Source: Bugula neritina (taxonomy: Eukaryota > Animalia > Bryozoa). Taken from it: a stretch of DNA of 64,000 bases. The translations under genes were made by a program, and so were the position numbers. The DNA lies in NCBI GenBank assembly GCA_964035545.1, contig OZ037769.1, forward strand, positions 5,623,929-5,687,928, given 5' to 3'. Every line of letters starts with the position of its first letter. The stretch's first letter is position 1. Below are positions 1 to 14,470 of the stretch, piece after piece. The notes below the pieces were generated by a model. The model saw nothing but the letters and a program-made list of their open reading frames with translations. It was not told the origin of the DNA and ran no database searches.

Positions 1-1139
1 CAAACAGCTGTTACTGACTTGTCTTCCATGGTGTGACTAGGTGGACATACAAACTATACAAACATACAATACAGCTCACCTTAGCAAGGACTTCTTTTTC
101 CTCCAGCACCTCTCGAAATGATCTCACTCACAGTCGTAGTTCTAGAAATTTCTCTTGATTACCAGCTAATTTTTGTGGCATTAATTTACTCTACTTTGAA
201 CTTTGTGTTGCATAAGGTTGAGTGAGAAGCAGTAATTAGCTCTAATAGCTATTATCATCTCCTCAAGCTATACACTGTTTCAGATAATGTAATTTCTTAC
301 AATGCCTGGTGATATCATCAATTAGCATATAAACTTATATCATGTTATTAAAAATTGTTACTATAATTATATATTCCAATTACCTCTAATCTATCTCCAT
401 TGTTTCTGTAGAATCTAATAGAAATAATTATTCATAGACTACATTGTAGATAAAAATATTTTAAATAACTGCCACCTGCACATACTTGTAATAATCTTAC
501 TATATAATAGTGTTACTGGTACTTCAAAGTATGCATTTTATTACATATAGAGAACTTGATGTCGAAATATTTATTATTGAAAGACAATCAAAGGCAAAGT
601 TGACCAAGTATTGATTAGAATAGCCATTTGCTAGTCAGAGTTCAAACAAGAGCTATACTATAGTAAGCTGTAGAACCAAAATGCTATAATAGTAAATAAT
701 ACAGTTTAAATAGCTCATCTATCAAAACATCTGTGCATCTGTTTTATAAGCTGATGTATCAATAGGTTTTTTGCTACATCAATAATATAATTTAAAACTG
801 TGCATGCTTTTCAGAAGCTTTTTTTGCTTTTCCAAAAAAAATGAGTAGTAGCAATTTAATGACTCATGATATATAAGATATTATGTAATCTAAATTGAAT
901 TTCTACCTAAACTAATTACAACTTTGAGAAGTGTACCAATATAAGCCATTTGTTTGGCAGAGTTTCCCAAACTTATAATCATGGCCGCCTGAGATGTGAA
1001 ACTTGTTATTTCACTAAATCCGCACCTGCCTCATATTAACCAACTTTATTGAGTCTGTAACAGCAAGAGACGTGTTTTGACTGTTGATTTATATAACTGA
1101 GCTGATTGCCTTACACTTCGATGCTGCAAATAGAGTGTA

Positions 1140-2480
1140 GGGGTAACGGGGGGGGGGGGGGGGGGGGCACAACGGTCATAGGGGTACAAAAAGCCGGCCA
1201 AATTGTGAGAGAACTTATTGACTTAGAGTTTTGATTTTTCTTTCATAAAAAGATATTGACATAATTATTCAGCCTTTGTAGTTTCAACACTTGCGGAACA
1301 TACGTGTTGAAAAGGCGAGTAAAAAACTGTTTTTACCTACTTTTTGTAAATTTTTTAGGATGTCGTTAAAGCTTTATAACTTTTTACACTCAAAGGCAAG
1401 AAGCCTATATTTTACTAATATTGTTGCCATTGCTTGTCTCTACATTGCTTAACTAGTATAACAGCAAACTCTAAAATAAATTTTCCTCGAGGCACATTTA
1501 TTTTCAATTTGGCCACACGGGGCACAATGGGTCACGCTGACCGGGGCACAACGGGCCACCTGATTATTGCACCCTGATCACTGTTATTAGTTTGTTTGCC
1601 CAAAAAGTTGGTTGAAATGTTACTAAAATCTATAGACAGAGCTATTTCTGACCTTTTTGTAAAATATCAAAGACATCATGGTAAGAGTACCAAACTACAA
1701 GGTGAAGCTCCTTTAATATTTACATCTGGTGAGGTTAAAGTTTTGCTATTTAATACATAATACAAAACACTCTGCTGTTGCTACTAGTAAATAGTCATGA
1801 TATTCATTATACATTATATCATTGAGGGAATATACATGTATCTGACTAAAATAAATTGTGATTTGCTCATTTGCTCCCCCTCCCCTCTCCCTTTCGTACT
1901 CCGGCCACAAACCGAAGCCATGCACCTTAGCTACAGTTCATAGAAAAAAGTCCACTCAAAATTTTGTAGCATATGTTACTAAAGTTTTTTTTCTGATGAA
2001 AGTTTCTCTGAAGTGTAAATAAAAAAACATTTTTAGTTCCAAACAGTAATGATAATGGCATTGTAGAACCCAGTGAGGTGCGTTTGATTTTGCCTTCCTC
2101 TGCTATCCGTGGTGGCACAAACTGTACAGCTAAAAGATAAATTTTGCTTCAGATCTGAAAAAATATTTTAATTTATTTGTGATAGTAAATAAATAAAGAT
2201 CAGATGCAACAAAATCTGCAAAGCTTCAATATATTTGTTGTGACGAAAAAATTGGCCCATTGTACCCCGGTACCGGGGCACAATGGGCCGATTTTTTCGT
2301 CATGAAAATTTCATTATTCTGAAAGTTGTGAGAGAGATAGAAACAACAAACTGGTACCTGTAATAGACAACAGATGCAGCATTAAGGCTAGAGATTATTG
2401 AACTAGTAACTTGAAAAACAGACGAATGAGAGCAAAAAATGCAAAATTCGGCCCGTTGTGCCCCCCCCCCTTGTTACCCC
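1140..2480 (+). mobile_element. Non-autonomous, internally deleted TIR DNA transposon (Tc1/mariner-pogo-like)
   Basis: Left end GGGGTAAC-polyG-CACAACGG (1140) and right end CCGTTGTG-polyC-TTGTTACCCC (2480) are inverted repeats, flanked by TA on both sides (1138-1139, 2481-2482). The GGGGCACAA(C/T)GGG motif recurs at ~1519-1560 and as a palindrome at ~2254-2290. A broken + strand frame at ~1945-2150 (KKSTQNFVAYVTKV...TFLVPNSNDNGIVEPSEVRLILP...GGT) recalls pogo-type transposase C-termini (from memory). Confidence 0.75.
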
Positions 2481-3690
2481 TACATTGTGAGACAATAGTA
2501 AATTTATATCTGCCTGTTTTTTTATAAGTCTGCTTACAAGTATGTAAAACAGAAAGATGTTTGTAACCTGTAGAATAAAAATAAATTTTAATTCGTAATA
2601 AAAAATAGTCAGCACTTTGCATCAGCATCAAGCTGTTGTGGTTAAAGTACACTCCAAAGCTTTTTCAAACGTGGTAATATACTACATGCTGTAAGAATAA
2701 AATAATTTGTCGATCATTTGTTTCTGATTTTTTTGCTTAAAGAATCCTGTCTCTTTGCTTAAAGAATCCTGTCTCTACATAGAAGATCTAGCAAAGCTTC
2801 AGCTTGTATGACAGTTCATAGAAGTGAGCTACAAGTAAAACTGGATAAGTTATGCGATTGCTATTTAATTATTAAAAGCAAACATTTGTAAAACATAATG
2901 CTGCATCTGATTCAAAACAGACACAATAATAATTAATTCATTAAAATCTTATTAAAAATAGCTAACTATTTGATTGAATATCATTATATCTACACAGTTA
3001 TTAGTAGTTACAGTATATTAATTTACCCGATTTGCATTGTACGTGTATTTTTCAATAAATAAGTATATCAGTTAAAATTTTTGCTCCATTACCAAAAAGC
3101 ATGCCCCATATTTTTACAAGTTTTGTTTTCTTTTATATTTAAAATATTTCTAGATTTATTTTTAAATATGTTTATATTCCTCGTCTGACAATAAAATATG
3201 GTAAATTTGACATATTAACAGGAATAAAAAACAATAGAAATGCACATGTTTATTCTTTAGCTTTTGTTCGCCAAAAGAAACCTTTAAGTGATGCATTGGT
3301 TATTGATGATGCGGTTTAATAGCAACACGTCTGAGGACATCTGCATGCAACATCTCAGCTTTTATTTCGAGTCAAACCATCTGCAGGTTTGAATACAATT
3401 GGCAACAAAGCATTATTCAACAAAAAATGGTAAATTAAGTAGCCAATAAAATTGCACAATAAGATGAAAACACATTTTTTGGAAAGAAGAGAATTTCGCA
3501 TACAAAAGGTATGGCTATTTTTTGTCTATAAAATATTCATAATTACCATTTTCTTTGCCATTTGATGAATTGCAGTATTCACAGTAGCGGATTTTCTTCT
3601 AGGAAGCAGTAAATGTAATGCTATAACAACTGTTATGTAGGACACCAGATACTAGATACAGTATATATTATAGTAACACAGTTTATAGTT

Positions 3691-3828
3691 TACCTGCTAC
3701 ACAATATAGTACACCTGCTACACAATATAGTATACCTGCTACACAATATAGTATACCTGCTACACAATATAGTACACCTATAATAGTATCTATAGTACAC
3801 AATATATAGTATACCTACTACACAATAT
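3691..3828. repeat. 21-bp minisatellite (ACCTGCTACACAATATAGTAY)
   Basis: About 4 near-perfect copies at 3691-3778 plus degenerate copies to ~3828. Confidence 0.9.
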
Positions 3829-6455
3829 AACATTGTAGATTAAAGGCTATGAGAAGAACACCCCCATACTATATATTTTTCGCAAATATTTATTTATCTA
3901 AGATGAGAGTGCAATCAATACAATAGCATATAATCAATACAATGACTTATAATCAATATATAATGACATATAATTAATATAATAGCATATAGTATAATAA
4001 TTAATAATATGTTAGCAGGATATATGTTAACAATATTTTAATAATCAATTGTTAGTATGTAAATGTAGCCCATGGCTAATAATAAAGCATAGATAAAGCT
4101 ATTGTGAGCCATAACTTGTATAATTACTTTTACAGCTGAATGGCCGAAATTAGCAATAATTTAAACTGCATTATTACTATAGTACAATGACAATCAGCAG
4201 ATTAAATTAAATAAAGAGAACTAAAGCTAACATAGATGTTTCATATGCTATTTGCAAAATATAATGTATAAAGAGCTATCTCCTGTAATAAAAGAAGAAA
4301 ATGGCAGCTACTTGTAAATGACTCTAATATATTCAAACTGACCAGACACTGCGGCTTATAACGTCTAAAACATTTAATGGTATTTTGTTTTATAGTAATG
4401 ACTGAAATACTCATAAGTAAATTTTAAAACTACAATTATGCAGCTCTGCTTTAAAAAATCTGTTTTTTCAAACTTATCTTAGCAATTGATGAAGCAAAAT
4501 ATTTCTAACTTTTTACTTCCTAATTGTAAAATCAAACGCAGTTATTTAACAAAAAGCCCAATCATAGGTTATTTCTGCAACATAACACATTCTAAGGGAT
4601 TATTGTTGAAGTAAAGTAGCTTAGGAGTTCTAGTTTTCAGGAAGATTTTGATATTTAGGCTTTTGGAATGTCAACCTGCAAACTAAAAGTTATTTGTATC
4701 AATGATGTGTCAAATCTACTAAAGATTCTCAACTCAATGTCTGATATCTATGTTCATCTTTGTCATATCTTGCCATAACTATGCATAATATGTTGAGAGA
4801 ATCAACACTAGCCTGATGTCATACCATGGTTTATGTAAATTAAAATTAAAATTATAAAATCAGAACGTGTTAATACATGATTAAGCCAATTCTAAAATAC
4901 AAGCCAGCTCTTCTAAAGACGAGCTTTGCTAATTCGAAATCAAAGGAGGCTGTGCTTGTAAATGCCGTACCCTAAAATCAGAAAATTAGGTGGACATTTA
5001 TGGCAAAGCTAGCCTTGTATAAGCACTATTTGTTATTAAAATCTAAATGGTTTTGCACTAGAATAAGCTTAGTCAACTTTGGTTTGGTTATTTGCACAGT
5101 TCTTTGGCTTCTATGATGTGGGACCAGTGGTCAATAGGTTTATGTAGATCAAACTGTATATAATTATAATAAATAGATGTGAAACACCAATTATTTTCAT
5201 TACTATTCATAACATTATATGCTTAGCTAATCTTATGCTATCAATACAGAGAGAAGGTGGAGATGAAGCCTTGATGAAAAATGATCTAGATTCTAATGGA
5301 TTAATGTTGACCGTACGATTAGTTGTATTTCCATACAGTTATTGATTATGTGATATCCAATCTACCAATCCAAGCCAAACATCAATAAGCAACACCAATT
5401 ACAATAAAAATGAATGAATAAATAAATAAATATTTATATGAATTAATAAGTAAATTAAATATATGTGCTTATTTATTTTAATTAGTTGCTTGTTCATTTA
5501 CTTATTTAATAAATAAGGTAAGACATTTAAATTTTTACCCAATTGTCAAAATAATATTAATCAAAAGAAAACAAAACTTTGTCAATTCTGTGTAATTGAA
5601 GGAGATTAACACTGATATTGTAGTACTAGTTATTGATTAATTAGTTATATAATCAATCAATAATTTAACTCCATATTTACTATCTGTCTCATTACATAAC
5701 TAATTCAATGAAGTGGAGTTACCCTCGTTGCTGTAGTTTATGTTCACACAGGACACAAGTAAAAAAGGTAATTCACTATGGGTGTAAGTTGCAGAACAAT
5801 GTGTGCTATATCATACCATGTACTGCATACATAAAGTATCTTATCATGTGGCATACTATTATATACAAACTATACAATATCATGCACTATATGCATGCTA
5901 TACCATACTATATACATACTATGTCATACCATGTACTACAGTATATACATTCTATGCCATATGATGTACTATACACATACTATATCAATTGAGTGTTAGA
6001 TATATGACAGTTAGGGCAATGTCCGGTGCTAAAGCTCTACTACACGTATATTACACTAACCTCTACGTATACACATCATAAACTATTTGATTACATAAGG
6101 TGCTCCATGATGAAGCTTTGCAATAGGTGATTTACAAGGTTTGTACCACTTAGCAAGCTAACCTGCTGTTTCCAACAGGCTTCCTAATCTTCATTGTTTT
6201 CTTCCAGTAAATAAACGATAAATAATCCTTAGTTTGGTGTATTATTTGATATCTTTTCCTTAATCCATGTGAAAGTGAGCCTGGTATAATCACACCACAC
6301 AAAACAAGCTCATTGCTAAAATTAGAATATGGATGAAAAAGAGGGAGATTTTACAGCATCTCTTGCTTTGTAAAAGAAAGGCTATGAACTCCATGGTCAA
6401 TAAACAGTTAACCATTCAAAGTAATATTAAAGACTGCTTTGCTTGGAACTAACTT

Positions 6456-6560
6456 AAAGCAGCACAAAGTGAGTGGTCACTAAGTGCAGTAGTCGTGAGT
6501 ACTGTATCGAGGTTGGAGTTCGGACACTGCACTTAATGACCCCCAACTTTGTGCCGATTC
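6456..6560 (+). mobile_element. Short hairpin-type interspersed element (family A), copy 1
   Basis: Imperfect ~34-bp inverted arms AAGCAGCACAAAGTGAGTGGTCACTAAGTGCAGT / ACTGCACTTAATGACCCCCAACTTTGTGCCGATT; related copies at 11883 and 33428. Confidence 0.7.
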
Positions 6561-6864
6561 TGATTTGATTCAACTAATATATAACATATCGTATATAAAA
6601 ACAAATAAATAAGTTTTACTCCAACAAATCAAAATTATGTTTGTACAGAATTAAATATTTAAAGTTGTAGCATGTTTGTTGCATCTACAGCCAAGTGTGT
6701 ACTACTGCTCTAGTGAGGATGAAGTCACTTCTGGTATTCAGTATAACTCAGTAATTAGTTTCTGACAACTCCATACGGCTGAGTTTTAATAACATATACT
6801 TTTAGGTGTGGTGAATTCTATGTCTACTAGATGAAGTAGGGAGTTCCCTTACAGATAAAAAGCT

Positions 6865-7062
6865 CACGCAAGTTTATAGTTGCCATCCCCGAGAGAAACT
6901 TCTGATGCTATGAAAATTGTTAAATCGACTAAGGACTTATTCGGGTGGGGCACAGGACTGGATGCTCTTCCTGGCATCACCAATAGCCTTTGTCGAGGTT
7001 CAAACCCATAACTTTATGCTCAAATGCTCAAATTATCTAACCCCTAGCCTTCAACTGCTTCC
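6865..7062 (-). mobile_element. tRNA-derived SINE, copy 1 (more decayed)
   Basis: Alignable by eye to 15823-16012 (shared CAAGTTTATAGT, CTAAGGACTTATTC, GGCACAGGA, CATCACCAAT, CCTTTGTCG, CTAACCCCTAG). Confidence 0.7.
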
Positions 7063-7558
7063 TGGATCCTCTTATAGATGGCAAGAGAATAATAAAGCTG
7101 CCACTAGCTGCTTGAGATACTCGGTGAAGAGTTTGAGAATTCAAGAATAAAACTGAAAGTCTTTCCATTGAGATTATATAAACTTTTAGTCTGAAAATCA
7201 CAAATGAATTGCGCATGCAGAACTTCAGATAGATGTATAGTAGCTATTAAATACCTACTGCATAATTCTATACCTGATTTGCGGTTTGCCCATATTTCTA
7301 AGAATATTAATGCCAATTACAAAAATAATTGTAATTACAACAATGATTTTGACAAGATTAACATTTTCCAGCTAAACTAATGAGCTTCTTCATACCCCTA
7401 ATCCTATAGAGTATCAAATTGTGGACTTGCTCAATGCTGTTCTTCTTTAAAGGTCCATTGCCTGTAAACTCACAAAAGATGGGGTTGATTGTGGAAGAAA
7501 GTGCTATTTTAAGTTCTGACTTTAGAGCATAGTGGTAGTTGTTTAGTTTCTGAGAAAA

Positions 7559-7774
7559 TACAGTGCTCCCTCCTATCTCACTATTTAGCTGCGAGTCTCA
7601 AAACCTCAATTCGTGACATTGTAGAATACCAGATTCAACTCACGGGATCCGTTAAATTTGACCATTTTGTCCCTACACATATAGCCTACATAAGCCACAA
7701 ACCTGGGTCTAAGCCCTTTTCGTAACCTGTAGAATTTTGTGAGAAGTGTAGCTGTGAGATATAGAGAGAGTATA
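7559..7774. mobile_element. Possible decayed MITE
   Basis: Degenerate inverted ends: TACAGTGCTCCCTCCTATCTCAC versus GTGAGATATAGAGAGAGTATA. Confidence 0.35.
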
Positions 7775-9647
7775 TTTTATAACTTCTACCTTAGCGGCTA
7801 TACCTCAAAGTATTGTATATACTGTAGGTATATACAATACAATACAATACAAAATGGCAATCTGCTTTAAAGTTGTTTTTGAACTTTGGATCATGCAGCA
7901 TGTTCGATTGTTAGAGGAAGACTAAAGAAACACAGGTGTAGCACTGCGTTTATTGTTGACATACAAGAAGGGTGGAGAAATACTTTTTGACTAAAAATCT
8001 GCCGGATTTGAAAAGCAAATATGCATCACATACCAGTATATTATGATACATATCATTATATTATAATATAAATCATTATATTCTGATAAATCAGCAATTT
8101 CCATACAGGTATTTAGACATTTCATAGAAGTTCCACGCCTAGATGTACATTTTCCTCATAGTTAGAAATAGTTGATTAGCTACAGTTGTGCACCCCTTGG
8201 AGAGCATTCTGTCACGTTGACATCTCTGAATTAATATACTTGTTGACTTGGGATTATCTTACAGGTAGCCCATAGCTTCAGTGATTGGTGAGAAGATATT
8301 TTGTGGTATTGAGCAATTACATAGGCATGACAGTGGAAGCTGGCATGTTCTCGCACAGAGGCTCAATCTACTAATGTGTTACCTAACAGCTTTTATATCG
8401 CATTTTTTCCATTGCCAGTGCGTGAAATTTACAATCTTCATTGACCACAGTTCTTATGTTGAATCCCATCTAAGATCTGCTAGATAATTAATTCTGTGGT
8501 GTGGTATAGGGGTGGGATCGACAAATAGAACTAATAGCTTTTACATTCCTGTGATTATGTATATACACTATATACATTATGTGTACTATATATAGTTGGA
8601 GAAATATATGCAAATCTACAGTTGGGAGATTAAAGTAACACATAAAACAACATGTTTTGAAAGTATCTGTTTGAGGGTCACGGTCATTTAGTACAAACTA
8701 CGGCTGGTGTTGACAACTTCTGCATTGAAAAATATAATAAATTATTTTTTAAACACTACCTATAACTCAACAACATTCATCAGTGCAATACAATACAAAT
8801 TTGATTAATAACAAGATAAGTCGAAAGTCTTTACACATGCCACAGTGTGATTCAACCTTCCACATTTTGACAATAATAAATTGCTGTTTGCGATTATCAG
8901 ACTCGAATAACTTATTGTACGATATTAATGTCATTTAATGCAAACCAGTAAATAATATTATATATACATAGTACTAAAATGTGTATTATTAGCAATTTTT
9001 CAAAATATTCATATATATTATTATTGTAGTTTTAAGTGAAGAATGAAAATATCACAAGTTTGATCGTAAGTCAAAAGTTTCATCATCCTATAAATTAGAC
9101 TTGAAAGTAGAAAAAATATCTAGAAATAGAAATATACACAATAACCAATGATTGCATAATATACCAAGTCTATTTTTATCAAGTTTAGATTTCTAGCATA
9201 TGACTATCAATAATAAAATACAGAAAGCTATTAATAAGCCAAATAGAATGTTACCTTCATATTTCAATGTTTTCGAAATTGTTGGCATCAAGAGATATTT
9301 CCAATATACAAAATATAATATTAATATATATTCATTAATTATAATATGAGTTGTGATCGAGGCTATATCACAACAGTTGCCTTGGTATAGATTTCTTTGC
9401 TAGCCTTCCTTCCATACTTAAGTTCCTGTTATGAGAGTCTAAAATCTTAGGGCTGTATTCCCCTCTCCCGTCTCTATGACCTGAGGAATTAGCCGACATT
9501 TTAGTGTTCTTTTGAGTTTTCTACAAAAAATAAAAACAATATCTTTAATTTTCTCTCTACTAACAGATTGACACACCTGAGCTAACTTATAGAAGTGTCC
9601 ACTATATGGAGCTTTGCTGTGTCATCCAATCCTCTGCTATAAGCTGA

Positions 9648-9830
9648 ATTTATCTGTGTGTATCTGTATTTATCTGTGTGTATCTGTATATCTATCTGTA
9701 TATATTTATATATATTTGTATATATATTTGTATTTATCTGTATACAGATCTGTATGTATGTATAATTATGTATATAATATCTGCGGATATCTGCGGATAT
9801 CTGCGTATACCTGCACATATCTGCACATGT
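9648..9830. repeat. Degenerate TATCTG-based simple repeat (partly 10-bp period)
   Basis: Repeated TATCTGTG / ATATCTGCGG units; explains spurious ORFs at 9582-9952. Confidence 0.85.
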
Positions 9831-11882
9831 ACACTTCCCAGGGTGTATTATATGATTTAGTAGGCACTATAGCTACGCAGTATTCTTTTCGAATCCAATA
9901 CCAGCTTGCGACTGTCACTTGCATAACAACTCATTATACAACAGTTGTGTGATGCACATATTGTTTGTTTCATGCAGGGAGGTTACATCTGATTTATGTC
10001 ACTGGTGTTGCAACCCGACCCTAGTAACATTTCATCAAAATTAGAATAATTAGCATTTAAATAGTGTCAGGGGGTGTCATGCATATCTCGCAGAGGCATA
10101 TTCATATTGTAGTGAATTCAACTCGTGAGTGTTTTGATTCCTGCCTATTATTGAACAAAGCTTATTGGTAACTTATCAATCTTCATATTATATGCTATCC
10201 ATGCTAATACTTCAAAATAATTCCTCAACCCCTGGAAATAGTGCATGTAGTAAAATACCAAACACCTATATATACTGTTTTTAAATCGAAAAGAATTAAA
10301 CACCACAATTTCTCCACTTTAGCTTCTAAACTTCTGCATAAAGTTGTAAGCTTGGATAAATTTCTTATATATAATTAAAATAACCTCTGAAATGTAATGT
10401 ATATACTATGCTTTTGGATTCTTACTTTGATGAGACTTAGTTAAATGCCATTTGATAAATAGCTCACTCTTCCTTAGATAGTTTCAAGTTATCATTTAGT
10501 TTTGAAAAGTGATGGCTCACCGAAAAAGTTTCAAATAACGGTTTGACTTCACATCAACGCATTATCTGTCTAATAATATAGAAAAGGAAATGGAATCAAG
10601 TAGCTGCCAACCAGCTGAACTACCGTTAAAGTTATAATGAGGAAATGACATGACGTTGGCTTTAGCCTTTTATAGCTGTTCGCTTCACTTGATAAGAATT
10701 TCTTGTTTTCTAAAATGTTGCAATGCATATGGTTACCTATTTTCAAAAAGTCTTGCAATATATAATCTTGAACATATTTCTATGTTTAGAAATAAATCTT
10801 ACAACACGTTTTAAAACAATTAAAATAAATTTCAAAAACTTTAGGTATATTTTACAAAAATCGCATTATATTGATTATTTCTTCTCACGAGAAACTAGCT
10901 ATAACAATCGTCACCTTTCACTAGTACACTCTACTACCCTTGCCCCTATCCCTGCCCCTACCCTTGTCCCCTAATCTTGCTCCTTACTCTTGCCCCCACT
11001 CTTTTTCTCTATCAATGCCTCTACCTTTGCCCCCTACCCTTTTCTCTAATAATGCTCCTATATACCCTTAACCCCCTACCACTACACACTATGCAGGCTT
11101 TCTCCCTGTATGTTACACCTCCAGTTCACATAATATTACTAGAGATAAAACTTGATATATAGTGAACAATTATTATACTGACTACAGCTGCAAAAATTAC
11201 ATTATTGATATACAGAAATGACAATGATTACATAGAAATTAATATTGGTTCCCAAACTAGCAAACATGTCATTTGTAATTTCCTACAAAAAAAAATGAAG
11301 CTTCTTGATTCGGTGTAAACGTTTGAGTTTTACGCAAGAAACATGCACTACTCTTAAGTATAGTTAATTGGACAAAGATATCACAAATAATCCATATTAA
11401 CTAATTAGTTAAATCAGGCAAATTTCAGTCTAAAATTTTAATGAAAAAAGCTTTGACTGATCACCAACTATTTAAGATCATTGACATTGTACAATGTTGA
11501 TTCATAGCCTAGACAAAAGCTATTATAGCTAAACATATAACTGGCTTTAAATCAGTGTAGGTGTTTGGTTTTGTTGGCAAAAATAGTAGCCACTCTATGC
11601 TACAATCTTGGCTTGCAGATGAATCATACTAATTAACATAAGCCTTTTAAAATAGACTGTTCGATATTTCTCTACCCACATTTATATTTACAGCACAACA
11701 ATATCTTCTATTATATGTTGTATTATCACCTACAGTTAAAAACTAACCTAAATAAAGAATTATCTGCACCTGCCATGCCATTAACACAAAACTTTCCACA
11801 TATTAGTATATAATAGTATAAATATTTTACTTTTAAGGGTTAATTTGGCTCAATGTAGCACTATTTGTAGTGAAAGCTGTTA

Positions 11883-11998
11883 AAAGCAGCCGTGATTGAG
11901 TGGTCATTGAGTGCACTGGATTCACGTTTGGACACTGATGTCTATACAAATACTGCACCCAGTCACCCCCAACTTGGGGCTGCTTCTAGCAATATTCA
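11883..11998 (+). mobile_element. Family A element, copy 2
   Basis: AAGCAGCCGTGATTGAGTGGTCATTGAGTGCA ... TGCACCCAGTCACCCCCAACTTGGGGCTGCTTC, followed by TAGCAATATTCA. Confidence 0.7.
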
Positions 11999-12950
11999 AG
12001 TATAGCTGTCTCAAGGCATGTTATATTAAGCATTTTTAAAATAGGCTCGAACATATACTCAACAAATGCCTATACATCACACTGCAGGTAACACCCATCC
12101 TAAAACGAATTCTGGTGACAAATATAAGAATTACAAAATAACTAGGCACTTTGAAGCTATTTTTATAGAAATCTTACAAAAACTTCTGTTCGTTACTTTC
12201 CACTGCCCTTAGCATGACTCAATATGTAAATACTCGGCCAGAGTAGGCAGAGTAACTGCATATAAAATCAGGCACTATTTGGCACAGTGTATATGATCTT
12301 CAAAATTCAACTTGATTAATGACGTTCTGTCACCAAGTCATCTGTCAGCTGTAACTTATCAGTTGGCAAGCAGCTGGCATCCATTAGCAATATTGGCTCA
12401 CCCATACAATTTTATCATTTGTAGATCCTCCGAAAATTTTTTCAGTCTGGTTTCAAATTTGTCGGGCATATAGTCAAATAAATTAAGATATGCATCCTCA
12501 AATACTTTTTTTGTTTCTTCTTGTTACAACATAACCAGTAAAATTAATTTCAGAACTATTAATACAAAATATTGCATGCAGCTTTAAAAAAAACTCATAA
12601 ATTGTGATCTTCCAAGCATCTGCAAGGTCCTTGAAGAGTTAGATTTGATGTCAAAAAGGGAAATTGATAGCATTTGCCTGTCTCTAAAGCTTGTCTATAC
12701 TTTACTGGCAATTGCAGACTCAAAAAATCTACATTAAGGCGTAACTCTTCTAAACTTCTATTTTTTTTACAAAAAAAGCATACTTTTGTGTATGAAATTA
12801 AAGAGCTTGACAATGTTGCAGTATACAACACATGTAATGTATATACTCTATAGTACTTCAACCACTACGTTACAACTTCTTTCAACAGTTTAGCATCAAC
12901 ACAAGTTTAAAATATATAGCATACAATGGTAAGAAACTTTATGTTCTCTA

Positions 12951-12964
12951 ACACACACACACAC

Positions 12965-13027
<63 letters not shown>

Positions 13028-13124
13028 CACGCACACACACGCACACACACGCACACACACACACCTGCACACACACGCGCACACACGCGCACACACACGC
13101 ACACACACGCACACACACGCACAC

Positions 13125-13179
<55 letters not shown>

Positions 13180-13208
13180 CACACACTCACTCACTCACTC
13201 ACTCACAC
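12951..13208. repeat. Compound (CA)n microsatellite with CG interruptions and a (CACT)n tail
   Basis: About 250 bp, directly visible. Confidence 0.98.
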
Positions 13209-14329
13209 AATAGGTTTATTCTAAATTTGCTTATCTATCACTGAATAAAAAATTTCAAAAAGTTATTTTTAGAAACTGATTAAGATTGATCAGCTGCACA
13301 TATATTCTACATTCCATTTATAGATTATACAAGACCCACTCACAGCCAGTTGGTTAAACTATTGCTTTGTAATAACACAGTTCTTATCTACGTAATGATC
13401 TTTTAGGAAGCTTAAAGGACTCTCCAATCTTACTAGCGAACAAAGTTTCATCTTTAACTCAGAAAGTAAAGTTGTCTAATGCAAGATTTAAAGGAAAAGA
13501 GAAATTGACATTGTAGTGTTAAGTTTATTTAGTGGTCCCTGCTAGCCGGAGGTCTCGTGTTTAAATCCTACTAGGCAAAATTTCTATAAAAGTACACCAA
13601 GATGCCATATCGTTTTATCAGTTTAAAATTAAACGGGAAGGTAATTTGAATAAATGGCACTAAAGATCAACTAGATAATTGTAGAGTGGCGCTTTGCACA
13701 TCTTGAAAAAGATGAATTTCTAGTTATTGATTAAATATCAAATCATAAATTATCTTTAAATAGAGAGATCATTGATAACACTTGAAAACAAAAGTGGAAG
13801 AGATGTTATGGATGTCTGATACACTTAAATGATAGAGACTGTTGCTTGACATAGTTACAGTGTAAAAGGATTGCCATAGGTATGTGCAGTCATACAATTA
13901 CAGTAAACCATTGTTATTATTCAGCTGTTGTAAAACTGTAAAAAGTTATTTGAAAGTCAAATTAAAAAGTAATTAAACACTGTAAAATTTCCTGGACTAA
14001 TTTATAATCTGTCAATTGTAAGACACTGCGGAATTTTGGCAAATAAACTTCCAATGTGCAATGAAAGAATGGGGGGGGGGTTGCAATTACTATCTAAAGC
14101 AAATAATTTAGAGTAGTAATTTGGATTAGTCAATATAATTAGTCGAACTCCTGCAGGGGTGTGTAAATTGTAATTGATGATTGTGGACTAGCATTTCAGC
14201 ATTTCCCTGTGCTAAGCAGTAGGCTAGCAGTACTATCTGATTTATGCTAAATTATGCTATTACGCTAAGCATGCAGTATGCTAAATTTACTAACGAGTGT
14301 ATGCTAGACTATGCTATACTATGATATAT

Positions 14330-14470
14330 GACATATTTTCCACAATATATGACTTATCCCCCCCCCCCCCCCGCAATATATGACACAAGGTATGACTGAG
14401 TTTCCAAAATATATGACTTATTTCTCATAATATATGACTGAACTCCCACAATGTATGACTGATATTCTAC
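14330..14470. repeat. Degenerate ATATGACT-anchored tandem repeat with poly-C
   Basis: AATATATGAC(T) recurs about 6 times at irregular ~13-28 bp spacing. Confidence 0.6.

Noticed and set aside
9582-9952. Tyr/Ile-rich ORFs (also 5708-5992)
   Set aside because: Low-complexity simple repeats.
12896-13213. Cys/Val- and His/Thr-rich ORFs
   Set aside because: Translations of the (CA)n microsatellite.
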